In this document: one piece after another, positions 25,140-37,029 of the stretch
Layout: every line of letters begins with the position of its first letter
How positions within the stretch are numbered: the first letter of the stretch is position 1
Assembly: GCF_006345805.1 (NCBI RefSeq)
Contig: NW_021835104.1
Location: 1-43,549 of the forward strand
Length of the DNA stretch: 43,549 nt
Source of the DNA: Octopus sinensis
Lineage: Eukaryota
Direction: 5' to 3'
Made by a program: the position numbers and the translations under genes
The notes under the pieces: model-generated
What the model was told of the DNA's origin: nothing
Database searches by the model: none
What the model saw: the letters and a program-made list of their open reading frames with translations, nothing else

Positions 25140-25490
25140 TTTCTCTGTTTTTCTCTTTCTTGACCACTCACCCAATTTGTTTTGTTTTTTCCCTCTTTTT
25201 GACGCACTCTTCTCGAAAATAATAGAATTCAAAGAAAATAACACCAATGCTCTTGCTCTTATAACTGAAAGCAAGCAGGAAAAAATTTACTTTCCTTTGC
25301 TTTTCTTTTGCTGACAACTCATCTGTTTATTTCTCTCTTTTGACGCTCCATTACGGAAGAGAATAATAGAAAATGAAGAGACTAATACCATTGCTCTTAC
25401 TGAGAAATGCACCCTTTTCTCTGTTGACCACTCACTCGCTTGTTTCGTCTTTCTTGTTGACGCTCCCTCCTCAAAAGAACAGGAAAGCAA
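25140..25490. repeat. Three diverged ~130-bp direct repeats
   Basis: tgac(c/a)actca...ttgacgc recurs near 25160, 25312 and 25425; aataatagaa...accaatgctctt follows in the first two copies. Confidence 0.6.
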
Positions 25491-25860
25491 TTAATTCACA
25501 TCTTTTCTCGCAAAGCAAACCGGAGCTTCCACTACTTATACGTGTTAAATAATATCGATTGTTTACAATTTATACTAAGAACTGAAGGAATGCGAAATAA
25601 AAGTGAATATGACTGCAATGAATCTAGTGAAAATTATCAATAAGCAATTATATGTTATCCCAAAATTATTTATCGTGGAAAAATAGTAAGGCATGCAGTG
25701 CATAATAGACCCATTGCCCCTGAACATATCTACCTACCTCCCTCCCTCCCTACCTACCTACCTACCTGCCTGTCTGCCAGTCTGCCTATCTGTCTGTCTG
25801 TCTGCCTACATGCATATATACACCCCACACGTCCACGCACACTTAGAAACATACATACAT

Positions 25861-26630
25861 ATTCACGAGCCCAACAACCCTGGCCGCCCCATCATATCCG
25901 CCTGCAGCTGCCCCACGAAAATGACCTCCAAATACCTCGACCGTGTGCTTGCTATTCTAGTGGCTTCCCTCCCCTCACACATCCACGACAACAATCATGT
26001 TCTCCGTCTGTTTAACTCGTTCTCCTTCCCTTCTGGCCCCTCTCAACTTCTGTTCACTCTTGACATTAAAAGTTTGTATACGGTCATCCCACGCAACGAA
26101 GGGCTTCTCTCGCGCGCTTAAACACGTCCTTGACCTTCGGCTTGACCCTCAACCCGACACCTCCACACTTGTTCGTCTGGCCGAACTTGTCTTCTCCCTC
26201 AACTGCTTCTCGTTTGCGGGGCAGTTTTACAAACAAGTCTCGGGAATGGCCATGGGAACGAGAATGAGCCAACTGAAGCCCAAATATTCTCACAATTTAC
26301 TGGTCCCACTCTCGAGCTATACCGTCATTATAGCGATGATTGTATCTTACCTTAACTTCTCTTCTTCCCACCCTACCCACACCAAGTTCTCCATCCTCTA
26401 CTCTTAATTCCTCCGTCTCGCAGGCTAAGCAGTGATGACCATAAATTTGAAACTCAGTCTCAACTCATGGCACACTGCTTCATCCAACGTGGCTATCTCA
26501 TCACCATTATCCACACTTCCCTTTCTCAAACACGATCCACAGATCGTGCCTTTACTTTTTCACCTTGAACCCTTCCCACCCTTACTCCTCTCTCGTTCCC
26601 CTCACCTACCCCTCCACCACACCATTTTCT
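25861..26630 (+). mobile_element. Penelope-like element reverse transcriptase relic
   Basis: IHEPNNPGRPIIS...KYLD...LDIKSLYTVIP...GL / YKQVSGMAMGTRM / ELYRHYSDDCI (degenerate YIDD) / YLNFSSSHPTHTKFSI; frameshifts and internal deletions. Confidence 0.92.
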
Positions 26631-26689
26631 GAGGGGCTTCTATAAGGAGTATACGACCCACAGCAGCCAGACCACATTTACGGTTGATC

Positions 26690-27010
26690 TCTGGGGGTCC
26701 AGTCAGAGTGGCTTCCATAAGGAGTACACATCATCCGCCTCCAATTAGATCATACTACCAGAGCATTACCCTCATTCGACGCAGCAGATGCTGGCCGGAA
26801 GAGGCCTTGCGTCAGGTGTCGCACCGGATGTCTGTTCGTTTTATGGGAAGATTTCCTGAAGCTCAACGTCACCTTAGACGTTGCAGAAGGGTTGGCACAT
26901 GACCGCCAGCGATGGAGAGAGCATGATAGCACTTTTGGGATCACTAACTTAGAATGACCTCAGCTCCATCAAGTAAAACCATGAAGCGATGGCAAGCCAA
27001 GCCTAGCCAG
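26690..27010 (+). mobile_element. RTE-like LINE 3' fragment
   Basis: DAGRKRPCVR...EDFLKLNVTLDVAEGLAHDRQRWRE resembles the RTE C-terminus (KRPRGR...A.DR..WR); short aagcc repeat tail. Confidence 0.65.
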
Positions 27011-27021
27011 AAGCGATATAT

Positions 27022-27540
27022 AGAGGCGCATGTGGATGTGTCATAAGAAGTTTGCTTCTCAACCCCATTGTTCCGGATTGAGTGTTACAGCGTGGTACCT
27101 TGCGTAGGTATCTTCTACTATAACCTCGGGCCGACCAAAACATCTTGAGTGGATCTGGGTGACGGAAACTGAAAGAAACTCGTCGTGACTCTTATTTCTA
27201 GAAATGCTCTGGTACTACTTAGTACCCTCTGCGACTTTAGTGACGTCTATAAATTTACCTTTAGGTTGTTAAATTGTTAATGATCCACCCATATAATTTG
27301 TGTGTATGTATATATATATATATATATATTTATATACACATATATATTTATATGTGTGTGCGTGTGTTTGTGTTTGTGTCGTTGTCTGTTTGTCCTTTTG
27401 TCTTTGTTTGTCCCTCACCACTGCTTGACAATCGGTGTTGGTTTATTTACGCCCCCATAACTTAGCAGTTCAGCAAAATAACCGATAGAATAAGTACCAG
27501 ACTTTAAAAAATAATACTGGGGCCAATTTGTTCAACTAAA
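27022..27540 (+). mobile_element. SINE family A, diverged, with a ~110-bp insertion at 27188-27298
   Basis: 5' half 27022-27186 and 3' half 27350-27540 match family A. Confidence 0.8.
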
Positions 27541-27865
<325 letters not shown>

Positions 27866-28802
27866 CATATTTTTGTCTCAGGTGGGAAGGGATGTGCGCA
27901 TGATCCCACATATGGCCTCTGAGACTTGTGGAAGCGAAGGAGGAAAGAGCATGGTCAAATTTAGGAATGAAGCTTCATCTTTAAACCTGCGATCTGGCCT
28001 TTAATGCTCGCAACAACAGGTACAGGTGGAGGGACCTCTTTAATTGTGCCCCACCACCACCAAAGTGCCAGATGTTGATATTAAACCAAAACCTTCGTAT
28101 TATTTAGTCTACAGCAAATCAGTCACACGTTAATGTTAATGTTACCTTCAGTTTTTGTTTTTTAAATTAGTTTAGTAATTAGTTTTCAGAGAAAGGATGT
28201 ATTAATTTGTTATTCTTTTCCGAAATGGCCATCAAAGAACTGACCCCCCCCGCCCGCGCCGGCTCTTCCTCCCCAGGCAACCAAATGACCAACCGCTTGC
28301 CGTCTGTATGACAACAAAGAAGACTTATATAATAGAAAACAAGTACTGTTTGCAAAACATAATAAATATTCTTTGATATATTGTGGTAATACAGAACATG
28401 TCAATCGCTTCGACGAACTGTTCCCAGAACGAAAGAAACACATTGTTATTGCTGTTGTTTCTTTTTAAATAGAAATATCAGTTTTGGTAATTATGTAATC
28501 TTTCCAATTAATTTTTTAATAAAGAAAGAAAAAACAAAAAAAACAAAAAAACAAAATAAAACTAAACCATAAAAATAAAAGCATAAGCAATAAAAAAAAA
28601 TCAATAATGACTTAGAAAGCTAAACTTATTAAAACACTCTAATGGATTCGATTGTTAAAAGCCAATATCGATATAGTGTCTCGTCTCGTAGTTTTTATTG
28701 TCTTAGTTTCGTGTCAAGTCGAACAATTTGAATTTATTATGATTTAACTGTGACGATGTTTCGTCACTCATCTAACGATGGCAATGAGCTGAGATCGAAT
28801 TG

Positions 28803-29245
28803 TATTGGGTTGTCCGGAATGTTCGTGCCGATTTTAAAAGAAAGAAAAAGGTCAATAAATACTTGCCATTTGTTGCACAGTGCGTCTCCATCTTTCCTTT
28901 AACTTGAAAATACCCTCTTCCCAGAACTGAGGTGGTTTCATGGTAAAGAAGTCATCAAAGTATCTTTTTACGTCATCCAAAGAATTGAAATTTTTACCAT
29001 TAAGACTATTCTGCAGAGACCTGAATAAGTGGAAATCCGAAGGAGCAATATCTGGTGAATATGGAGAGTGGGATAACACATCCCAGCCGACCTGCAGCGA
29101 TTTTTGTCTGGTTCCCAAAGCTTCAAGCGCCGAAAATGAACTTTCTTATCTTCCATTTTAAAGGGTTACGGAATTAACACAGATTATAGGAACATAAACC
29201 TTCTTCCACGAAAAGACAGCTTAAACTGTGCCCTAAATGGAGGTG
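28803..29245 (-). mobile_element. Internally deleted mariner transposon
   Basis: TA plus TIR-like ttgggttgtccggaatgttcgtgccgatttt (28803-28835); C-terminus GWDVLSHSPYSPDIAPSDFHLFRSLQN...GIFKLKERW; N-terminus MEDKKVHFRRL (ATG at 29156) joined near 29120; second TIR not found. Confidence 0.92.
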
Positions 29246-29254
29246 CATTTTATT

Positions 29255-29360
29255 CATTCGAGATCGATAAAATAAGTACCAAGATGAGCGCTGGGATCAA
29301 TGTAAGCGACTACACTATCCCCTGATATTACTGTCCTTGTACCAAAATTTGAAATCAATA
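29255..29360 (+). mobile_element. SINE family B 3' fragment
   Basis: gatcgataaaataagtacc...ccttgtaccaaaatttgaaatc. Confidence 0.7.
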
Positions 29361-29671
29361 CATTATTTATTTTACAACATCGAATGGGTATGAGGATGAG
29401 CCCAAATAAAATAAAATTTAATGGCGGCTATAGGTAAAAAAATGGTTGAAAACTTCTGGTTTAACCTTTAAACGGCGAACATCATCAACTGATGTTTCAT
29501 TAGTGTACATAGGAAATCACTAACTGATGTTTCAAAACTTTTACATTGGTGGGGCCATTAACAGAAGAGAGTGAACTTGTCACAGCAATAATCCAAAAAG
29601 AGATTTTAAATTTGACTGCGCGAGAGAATAAAAGATTATTATAGTTTTGTACTTATTTAAAGTAAAAATGT

Positions 29672-29969
29672 GGAGGCAAATGACCTAGTGGTTAGAGCAG
29701 CGGACTCGCGGTCGAGGGATCACGGGTTCGAATCTCATCCGAGCGATGTGTGTGTTTATGAGCGAAACACCTAAGCTCCACGCGGCTCCGGCAGAAGGTA
29801 ACGGCGAACTTCTGCTGACCCTTTCGCCACAACTTTCTCTCACTCTTTCCTCCTGCATCAGCAGCTCACGTTCGACGGACCAGCGTCCCATCCAGGTAGG
29901 GAACCTATACGCCAAGGAAACCGGGGAACCGGCCCCTATGAGCCAGGCGTGGCTTGAGAAGAAAGAAAC
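29672..29969 (+). mobile_element. tRNA-derived SINE, family C
   Basis: A box tgacctagtgg, B box ggttcgaatc; homologous to 33985-34290; possible TSD aaagtaaaa at 29659 and 29970. Confidence 0.88.
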
Positions 29970-30315
29970 AAAGTAAAAGTAGGTATAAAATATACCCTTA
30001 AAAAAGAGATTTTTTTTGTTTGCTTTTTATCCGTTTGGAGCACACATTCAAGCAAAACTCTCTCGTTGTTTATGAGTTAAAATGTAAACATTAGAATTGT
30101 TTGCGTTCTTTAAAATGAGATACAGAACGTTTCGCTGTTATTTAAGCTAAATAATATTTACCTGAACAGATTAATACTAATAATATTAACATAATGATTA
30201 ATAAGAAAAAAGAGCAGATAGTAATAAAAAAAAACACTCTTTCCTTTATAAACTATAATCAATAAAACTACCTAATATAGCAAAAGTAATACTAAGTTTG
30301 TCCCTGATTCGAATT

Positions 30316-30359
30316 ATATATATATATGTATGTATGTGTGTGTGTGCGTGTATCTATAC

Positions 30360-30412
<53 letters not shown>

Positions 30413-30678
30413 TATGTATATATGTATATATGTATATATATACTTATATACATACTGGCCTACGTGCACATGTATCTATGTGCAATAACAAGTTAGATAT
30501 TAGTAATACTTTTAGATCTGAACAAACTAAAGTTGATTATGGTAATTTCGAAACTGCATATAACTAATAAATACATTATATTACATTTTAACTTAATATA
30601 TATACTGCATCATATATAAACTTCAGATGATAATACTATACTACATCCAATTCAATCAGGCATGCTTATATATATATA

Positions 30679-30745
<67 letters not shown>

Positions 30746-30958
30746 ATATATATATATATATATATATACATATACATTTATAGATATATGTATATATAAC
30801 ATATATATATATATGAATATATACATATATACATATACATATAATACATATATACATTATATATATATATATAATATATATATGTATATATATATACATA
30901 CATACATACATATATACATATATATGTATACATCCACACACACACAACACACAACCAC

Positions 30959-30997
<39 letters not shown>

Positions 30998-31160
30998 TAC
31001 ATGCATATTTACATTCAAACACACACACACACACACGTATATATATATATATATATACATATATACATATATACATACATACATATATGTATACACACAC
31101 CACACACACACACGCATATATATATATAGACATGCACATTTACATGCAAACATACATACT
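30316..31160. repeat. (TA)n/(CA)n/(TACA)n low-complexity region
   Basis: Direct reading; includes a short unique AT-rich gap. Confidence 0.85.
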
Positions 31161-31217
31161 TGAATTTTCTATTCAGATTAGAAAACGGAAAAGGGAAATG
31201 AAATTGTATGTAAATCG

Positions 31218-31352
31218 TTTCGTGGTTAAGAAGTTCGCTTCGCAATTACCTGGTATTGGGTTCGATTCCTCTGCACAGCAACTTGAGCAAGTCTATTCTC
31301 AATACCTGTGATTGGAATTTGATAGATGGAAATGTGCGGCAGTTCGTCGTAC
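31218..31352 (+). mobile_element. SINE family A, degenerate 5' half
   Basis: gtggttaagaagttcgcttc...gggttcgattcctctgc...cttgagcaagt...ttgatagatggaaa. Confidence 0.6.
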
Positions 31353-31444
31353 ATACTCATATACATACACACACACGCAAGCAAAAAACACGTACAAATA
31401 CACTCACACACCCACGCACTCACATATTCGATACACATACACAC

Positions 31445-31578
31445 ATATAACACACTCGACGAAAGGAGGCAAATCGGTCGACTTTTATACGGGGTCTGTG
31501 GATAAGTCCCAAGTTTTTGGTCAAAAATAGGAGGTCGGCTTTTACACGAGATCGGCTATAACTCAAGTATATAAGGTG
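31445..31578. mobile_element. Tc2/pogo-like non-autonomous DNA transposon end
   Basis: ggtcggcttttacacgagatcggctataactcaagtatataaggt resembles the Tc2-type terminus (...cggcttatactcgagtatatacgg) with repeated ggtcg(a/g)cttttat subterminal motifs. Confidence 0.5.
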
Positions 31579-31591
31579 TGTGGTATATATA

Positions 31592-31634
<43 letters not shown>

Positions 31635-31661
31635 CATGTATCTATGTGTATATATAGACAT

Positions 31662-31910
31662 ACCACATGATCACGTGACCGACCAGACTATCAGATTCTG
31701 CTACATATCGCTGGTCAAAATACGCTTTGCATTGTTTTAACCATCGAATGGCGCCACCCCGTTGGTTAGACGAGCAGGCCACCACGCCCTCTTGATCGAA
31801 AAGGGATTGGAGCGACGTGAAATGAAGAGTTTTGCGTAAGAAGACGACGCACCGCCCAGTCTAGGAATCAAACCCACGATCGTGAACTACCCAAGTGCTT
31901 AATGCACCAT
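31662..31910 (-). mobile_element. tRNA-derived SINE, family E, degenerate
   Basis: Reverse B box ggtttgattcc; homologous to 39890-40178. Confidence 0.7.
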
Positions 31911-32504
31911 GGATCTGAGAATACATACATACATACATACACAGATATATATTTACATATATATACACGCACACATACATTAACATGTATGTACCTATCT
32001 ATATATATAAGTATATAGAGACTCACACACATTAAAGAAACAGTAAACAACTTAGAATGATGTAAAAGCATTTACAATCGTTGGAACATGTTAAATATAA
32101 TTGTACTCGCTTACATTTCGGTCAACACCGCTAAATGCGCCTCTATTTAATTAATTCGAGCTTGATAAAGCTTAACGCACATCGGCAAAGGTACAGTTTG
32201 TAGTTGTAATATAAGAACAACCTGTTCTTAGTTGTTATGAAAGATGCGGTGTCCGAAACTCACGACGCGCAACAACGCAGAAACGAATGCGTTCAGGGAT
32301 CTGACGACATCGTTCAATCGTGCCTTTTACAAATGAATTGCATATGATGTCTGCAAGGAGAACTTTTTCACAGTTTCTACAGCGTTTATCATTCAAGGTC
32401 GGAATGTATTGGAACATATATTAAAAATGATTGTACAGCCTTATGTGAAACCCTTAATCCAGACACGTCTTTTTCGTTTTCCTTTTTTTTTTCGTTCTCA
32501 GTTT

Positions 32505-32638
32505 GCTTGCTTCGTTCCTTTCTGTCGAAGACCGTAGGCTCGAAACGTCAAATAGATTTTTTCAAACTAATATACCTTGTTTGTTGATGCCTCACCTCTC
32601 TATGTCTCTGTATCTTTTGTGTTTTGTACATTTGACCC
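32505..32638 (+). mobile_element. PLE-like terminal fragment with hammerhead-like motif
   Basis: ctgtcgaagaccgtaggctcgaaacgtc followed by the shared 3' end, abutting a microsatellite. Confidence 0.68.
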
Positions 32639-32699
32639 ACACACACACACATACGCACCCGCGCCCGCACACACACACCACACACACACCACACACACA

Positions 32700-32771
<72 letters not shown>

Positions 32772-32891
32772 ATGGGAAAGTTTACGAAAATAAACATATG
32801 ACGAAGGCAGGTGGTGTACAAACAAACAGATGTATTAGTATAGCGCTCAGGAATAGAAAAAGTCTTTTACGTTTCGAGCCTACGCTCTTTC
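32772..32891 (-). mobile_element. PLE-like terminal fragment
   Basis: Reverse complement aagagcgtaggctcgaaacgtaaaagac...ttttcgtaaactttcccat runs into (TA)n. Confidence 0.7.
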
Positions 32892-32911
32892 TTGGATTAT
32901 ATATATATAGT

Positions 32912-33229
32912 GAGGGCGCGTGGCTTAGTGGTTAGGGCATTCGGCTCATGATCGTAAGGTTGTGAGTTCGATTCCCGGCGACGCGTTGTGTCCTTGAGCA
33001 AGACACTTTATTTCACCTTGCTCCAGTCCACTCAGCTGGCAAAAATGAGTTGTACTTGTATTTCAAAGGGTCAGCCTTGTCACTCTCTGTGTCACGCTGA
33101 TTATCCCCGAGAACTACGTTAAGGGTACACGTGTCTGTGGAATGCTCAGCCATTTGCACGTTAATTTCACGAGCAAGCTGTTCCGTTGATCGTATCAGCT
33201 GGGACCTCGTCGTCGTAACCGGCGGAGTC
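32912..33229 (+). mobile_element. tRNA-derived SINE, family D
   Basis: A box tggcttagtgg, B box gagttcgattccc; conserved-domain-like gttgtgtccttgagcaagacac; flanked by (TA)n. Confidence 0.88.
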
Positions 33230-33462
33230 TTTAGAATATATATATATAATATATATAATATATATATATATACTATATATTATATATAACTCCAAGAAAG
33301 TTAGGGGTTGTGGATCTAACCCACTAAGGGATAATATTATCCAAATACTGGTGGTAGACGAATACCCAATTGTTAATACACAAGTGTTTTTTATTGCCAT
33401 TGCAATTACATTACCTAGTGTATTAAGTGGGTGAAGGTAAAGAGATATTTTACTTAATTTAT

Positions 33463-33561
33463 ATCGCAAATAAGAAAATGGAAGAGAACAATAGGTGGTT
33501 CATCAACTTTTGGACGTTGATAAACCACCTATTGTTCTCCTCCATTTTCTTATTTGGCGAT
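33463..33561. repeat. Near-perfect inverted repeat (45/46-bp arms, 8-nt loop)
   Basis: 33463-33507 versus the reverse complement of 33516-33561: 2 substitutions and 1 indel. Confidence 0.93.
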
Positions 33562-33746
33562 TTATATATATGTATATCTATATATATATATGAGTGTATA
33601 AGGCCTGCTCATATAGGCGCCAGCGGGGCGTCATTTGAAACTAAACAAAAGCACTATGCGGAAGAAGTACATTGTAATCAGTAATTATAACAACAATCTG
33701 ATAGTTTAGTGGATAGAATGATACAGCGATATAATATATATATATA

Positions 33747-33930
33747 ACGGGAAGATTTACGAAATTCAACTAAAGACGAAGGCAGGTGGAGTACAAACAA
33801 ACAAATGTATTAGTATGGCGCTCAGGAATAGAAATAGAACATGTCTTTTACGTTTTGAGCCTACGCTCTTTGACAGAAAGATACACAGAAAAAACAAGGA
33901 GAGAAACAAGGAGAGAAAAAAAAGGAGAGA
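33747..33930 (-). mobile_element. PLE-like terminal fragment
   Basis: Same family as 32772-32891; reverse complement ctgtcaaagagcgtaggctcaaaacgt; abuts (TA)n. Confidence 0.7.
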
Positions 33931-33984
33931 GGATATTTATATCTATACCCCCACATATATATATACATATGTATATATACACGC

Positions 33985-34290
33985 GGAGGTGCAATGGCCC
34001 AGTGGTTAGGGCAGCGGACTCATGGTCGGAGGATCGCGGTTTCGATTCCCAGACGGGGCGTTGTGTGTGTTTATTGAGCGAAAACACCTAAAGCTCTACG
34101 ATGCTCCGACAGGTGGGGGGGGGGCGACCCCTATTGTACTCTTTCGCCCCAACTTTCTCTCACTCTCTATTCCTGTTTCTTGAACAACGGTGCGACGGAC
34201 TGGCGTCCCGTCCAGCTTGGGGGAACACATGCGCCACAGAAACCGGGAAACCGGGCCCATGAACCTGACTAAGCTTGAAAAGGGCGCATA
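33985..34290 (+). mobile_element. tRNA-derived SINE, family C
   Basis: A box tggcccagtgg, B box gtttcgattccc; homologous to 29672-29969. Confidence 0.88.
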
Positions 34291-34344
34291 AATAATATAT
34301 ATATATACATACATATATAAACATATATATGTGTAGTATATATA

Positions 34345-34377
<33 letters not shown>

Positions 34378-34615
34378 GTATATTATATATATATATATAT
34401 ATACGTGTGTGTGTGTGTGTGTATGTGTGTGTATGTGCGTGCGGGTGGGTGTGCGTTGTGTTAGTGATAATTACATAGTTATTGACGTTATGTCTATTTT
34501 CGGCATATTTTGGCATTAGAAATTTTTTCTTTTGCCCTTACTTATAAATTGGGGTGTGATATTATATATATACACTAAAATATTATATATATATATATAT
34601 ATATACACTAAATTA

Positions 34616-34681
<66 letters not shown>

Positions 34682-34722
34682 ATTTATATATATATATATA
34701 TGTATTTATATAATTATTTTAA

Positions 34723-35163
34723 AGGGATCAGGAAAGAACATTTCCGAACATGCTGAAAGAAAATGATAAAGGCGCCAAAAATCCACTGTGTTCTCCCCAA
34801 AACACGTGTTGTAAGGGAGGAAATCAAAAACACTAAAAACTTCACAGTAAATTGTGTATTGGGTCCAATTTTGGGATTATCTGGTGCATAAGCACGTATG
34901 GACGTACGCCTTTGCTTCGTCTGCGTATGCATAAGTATCTGTGATTATGTTTCTTTGGATATTGTTCTGAAGAGATGGGAAATAAGCTTTGTTTATTGCT
35001 TTAATCCCGAAATTGAACCAATATGCAATTTACTGTGAAGTTTTATTTAGCATTTTTCATTTATTCGCTTACAACCAGTGTTTTGTAGGAGTGATATAAT
35101 GGTTTTTTTAGCATCTTTGGTGTCTTCTTTCAGCATGATGGAGATGGTTCTTTCGCGATCCTT
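34723..35163. mobile_element. 441-bp MITE with ~160-bp diverged TIRs and TTAA TSD (Kolobok-like)
   Basis: 34723-34879 is the diverged reverse complement of 35002-35163; TTAA at 34719-34722 and 35164-35167; both termini read 5'-A(G/A)GGATC. Confidence 0.8.
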
Positions 35164-35305
35164 TTAATATAATTTTATAACTGAATATATAAATATTAAT
35201 TTAGTATATAAATTACCTACAAGGTTTTATTTCATGCTGGCCAGTCGATATAATCATTAACGTGGTTTTATCCTGAATTCTATTAAGAATAAATAATATA
35301 TATAT

Positions 35306-35336
<31 letters not shown>

Positions 35337-35365
35337 ACATATACACACGCACAACATGTATGTAT

Positions 35366-35515
35366 ATGGTTAAAATGTACTGAAAATAAATGGACAACAA
35401 GTGAGGGAAGAACAAGCAGGAGTATTAGTTTGATGGTCGGAAAAAGTAGAAAAGTCTCTGACGTTTCGAGCCTACGTCCTTCGGCAGAAAGGGATGAGAG
35501 GAAGAAAATGGCAAG
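35366..35515 (-). mobile_element. PLE-like terminal fragment
   Basis: Reverse complement ctgccgaaggacgtaggctcgaaacgtc; same family as 32505-32638. Confidence 0.65.
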
Positions 35516-35522
35516 TGTGTGT

Positions 35523-35554
<32 letters not shown>

Positions 35555-36354
35555 TAGATAGATAGATAGAGTGAGAGGGAGAGAAAAGACAGAGAAAGAT
35601 TGATTAACGGTTTCCACCTACACACATGCATACACACGAGCATACATTCATACATGCATACACACATATATACATACATATATATAGTTGCGTATTCAGT
35701 GTGTATCGTTGACTCCTTATCTCCTTTTCATCCCTTTACCTCATTGTATTTCTTGGCCTTTCTGGAACACTTGTTTCTTCTTTCCATGATGCAACGCTAT
35801 AAATTTTCTCAGTAAAATTAAACTCATCGTTGCCCGTAGATGTATTAGCATTTTTGTTTCCTACCACGTACAGACAATTCTTAAGAAATATATTCTCCTC
35901 AGCATATCTCTGTGTAAAGGCATAAAAATGCAAATTCTGAATTATAATATAAGATTTGAAAACCGTCTTACTTTTTTTTTTATTCTTCTATTTTCTGAGA
36001 AAGGAAAAAAAAAAGCAAAAAGAAAACGTACGTTATTGAAAGAAAGAAAGAAAAAAGATAATTATCTATGAACTTATGGGGATATATAAAATGGTTGTTG
36101 TTTCTTGTATGGAAATATATATTACGTAAGTTTGACTGGAATAAATAATGAACAGAATAAACACTAAGCAAAATGAATTCTAGCAGAGATTAAGGCTTCT
36201 TTCTTATCTTCATTTTTAGCAAACTTATGTCACATTTTTACCAAATTTGGTTTTATCCTGGAGAAATCCGTATTTTTACTGAGATATATGTATGTATGTA
36301 TGCATGTGTGTATGTATGATGGTAAGTTGGTAGTAGGCATTTCAGATCATTGCC

Positions 36355-36508
36355 AGTGTATTTAAAAAAGTTAACTTCACAACCACGTAATTTCGGGTTC
36401 ACAGCCAATATGCGGTGACACCTTCGACAAGCGTCTTCCACAATAGCTCCAAGTTGATCAGAGCATTTCGAGTGGGTTTAGTAGACGACAACCGTACGGA
36501 AACCTATG
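36355..36508 (+). mobile_element. SINE family A, degenerate 5' half
   Basis: caaccacgtaatttcgggttcacagcc...tgcggtgacaccttcgacaagcgtcttc...gtagacg. Confidence 0.6.
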
Positions 36509-36510
36509 GA

Positions 36511-36854
<344 letters not shown>

Positions 36855-37029
36855 TCCACACATGTATATATTGTTCTTGGGTAGCCTACCCATGCCGCTT
36901 CGATGCTAGATGTGTCGAAACAATTGTCGTGATTAATAATAAATTCTCATATTCCATCTTCCGGTTTTCATTTGCCATATACATTTATATCATTGTCAAC
37001 GCTTAGAATCATCAAACAAATTGTTGGCA

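Noticed and set aside
28230-28280. Short GC-rich patch as a promoter
   Set aside because: Too short, with no linked gene or other supporting motif.
28748-28780. Hammerhead-like TAGATGAgtgacGAAACatcGTC on the minus strand
   Set aside because: The CUGA core is broken and stem II is too short to form.
29672-29745. tRNA genes here and at 32912 and 33985
   Set aside because: A/B boxes continue into multi-copy SINE bodies and no acceptor stem closes.
36905-36935. GAAACAATTGTC stem III-like motif
   Set aside because: No CTGANGA core upstream; at most a decayed remnant.
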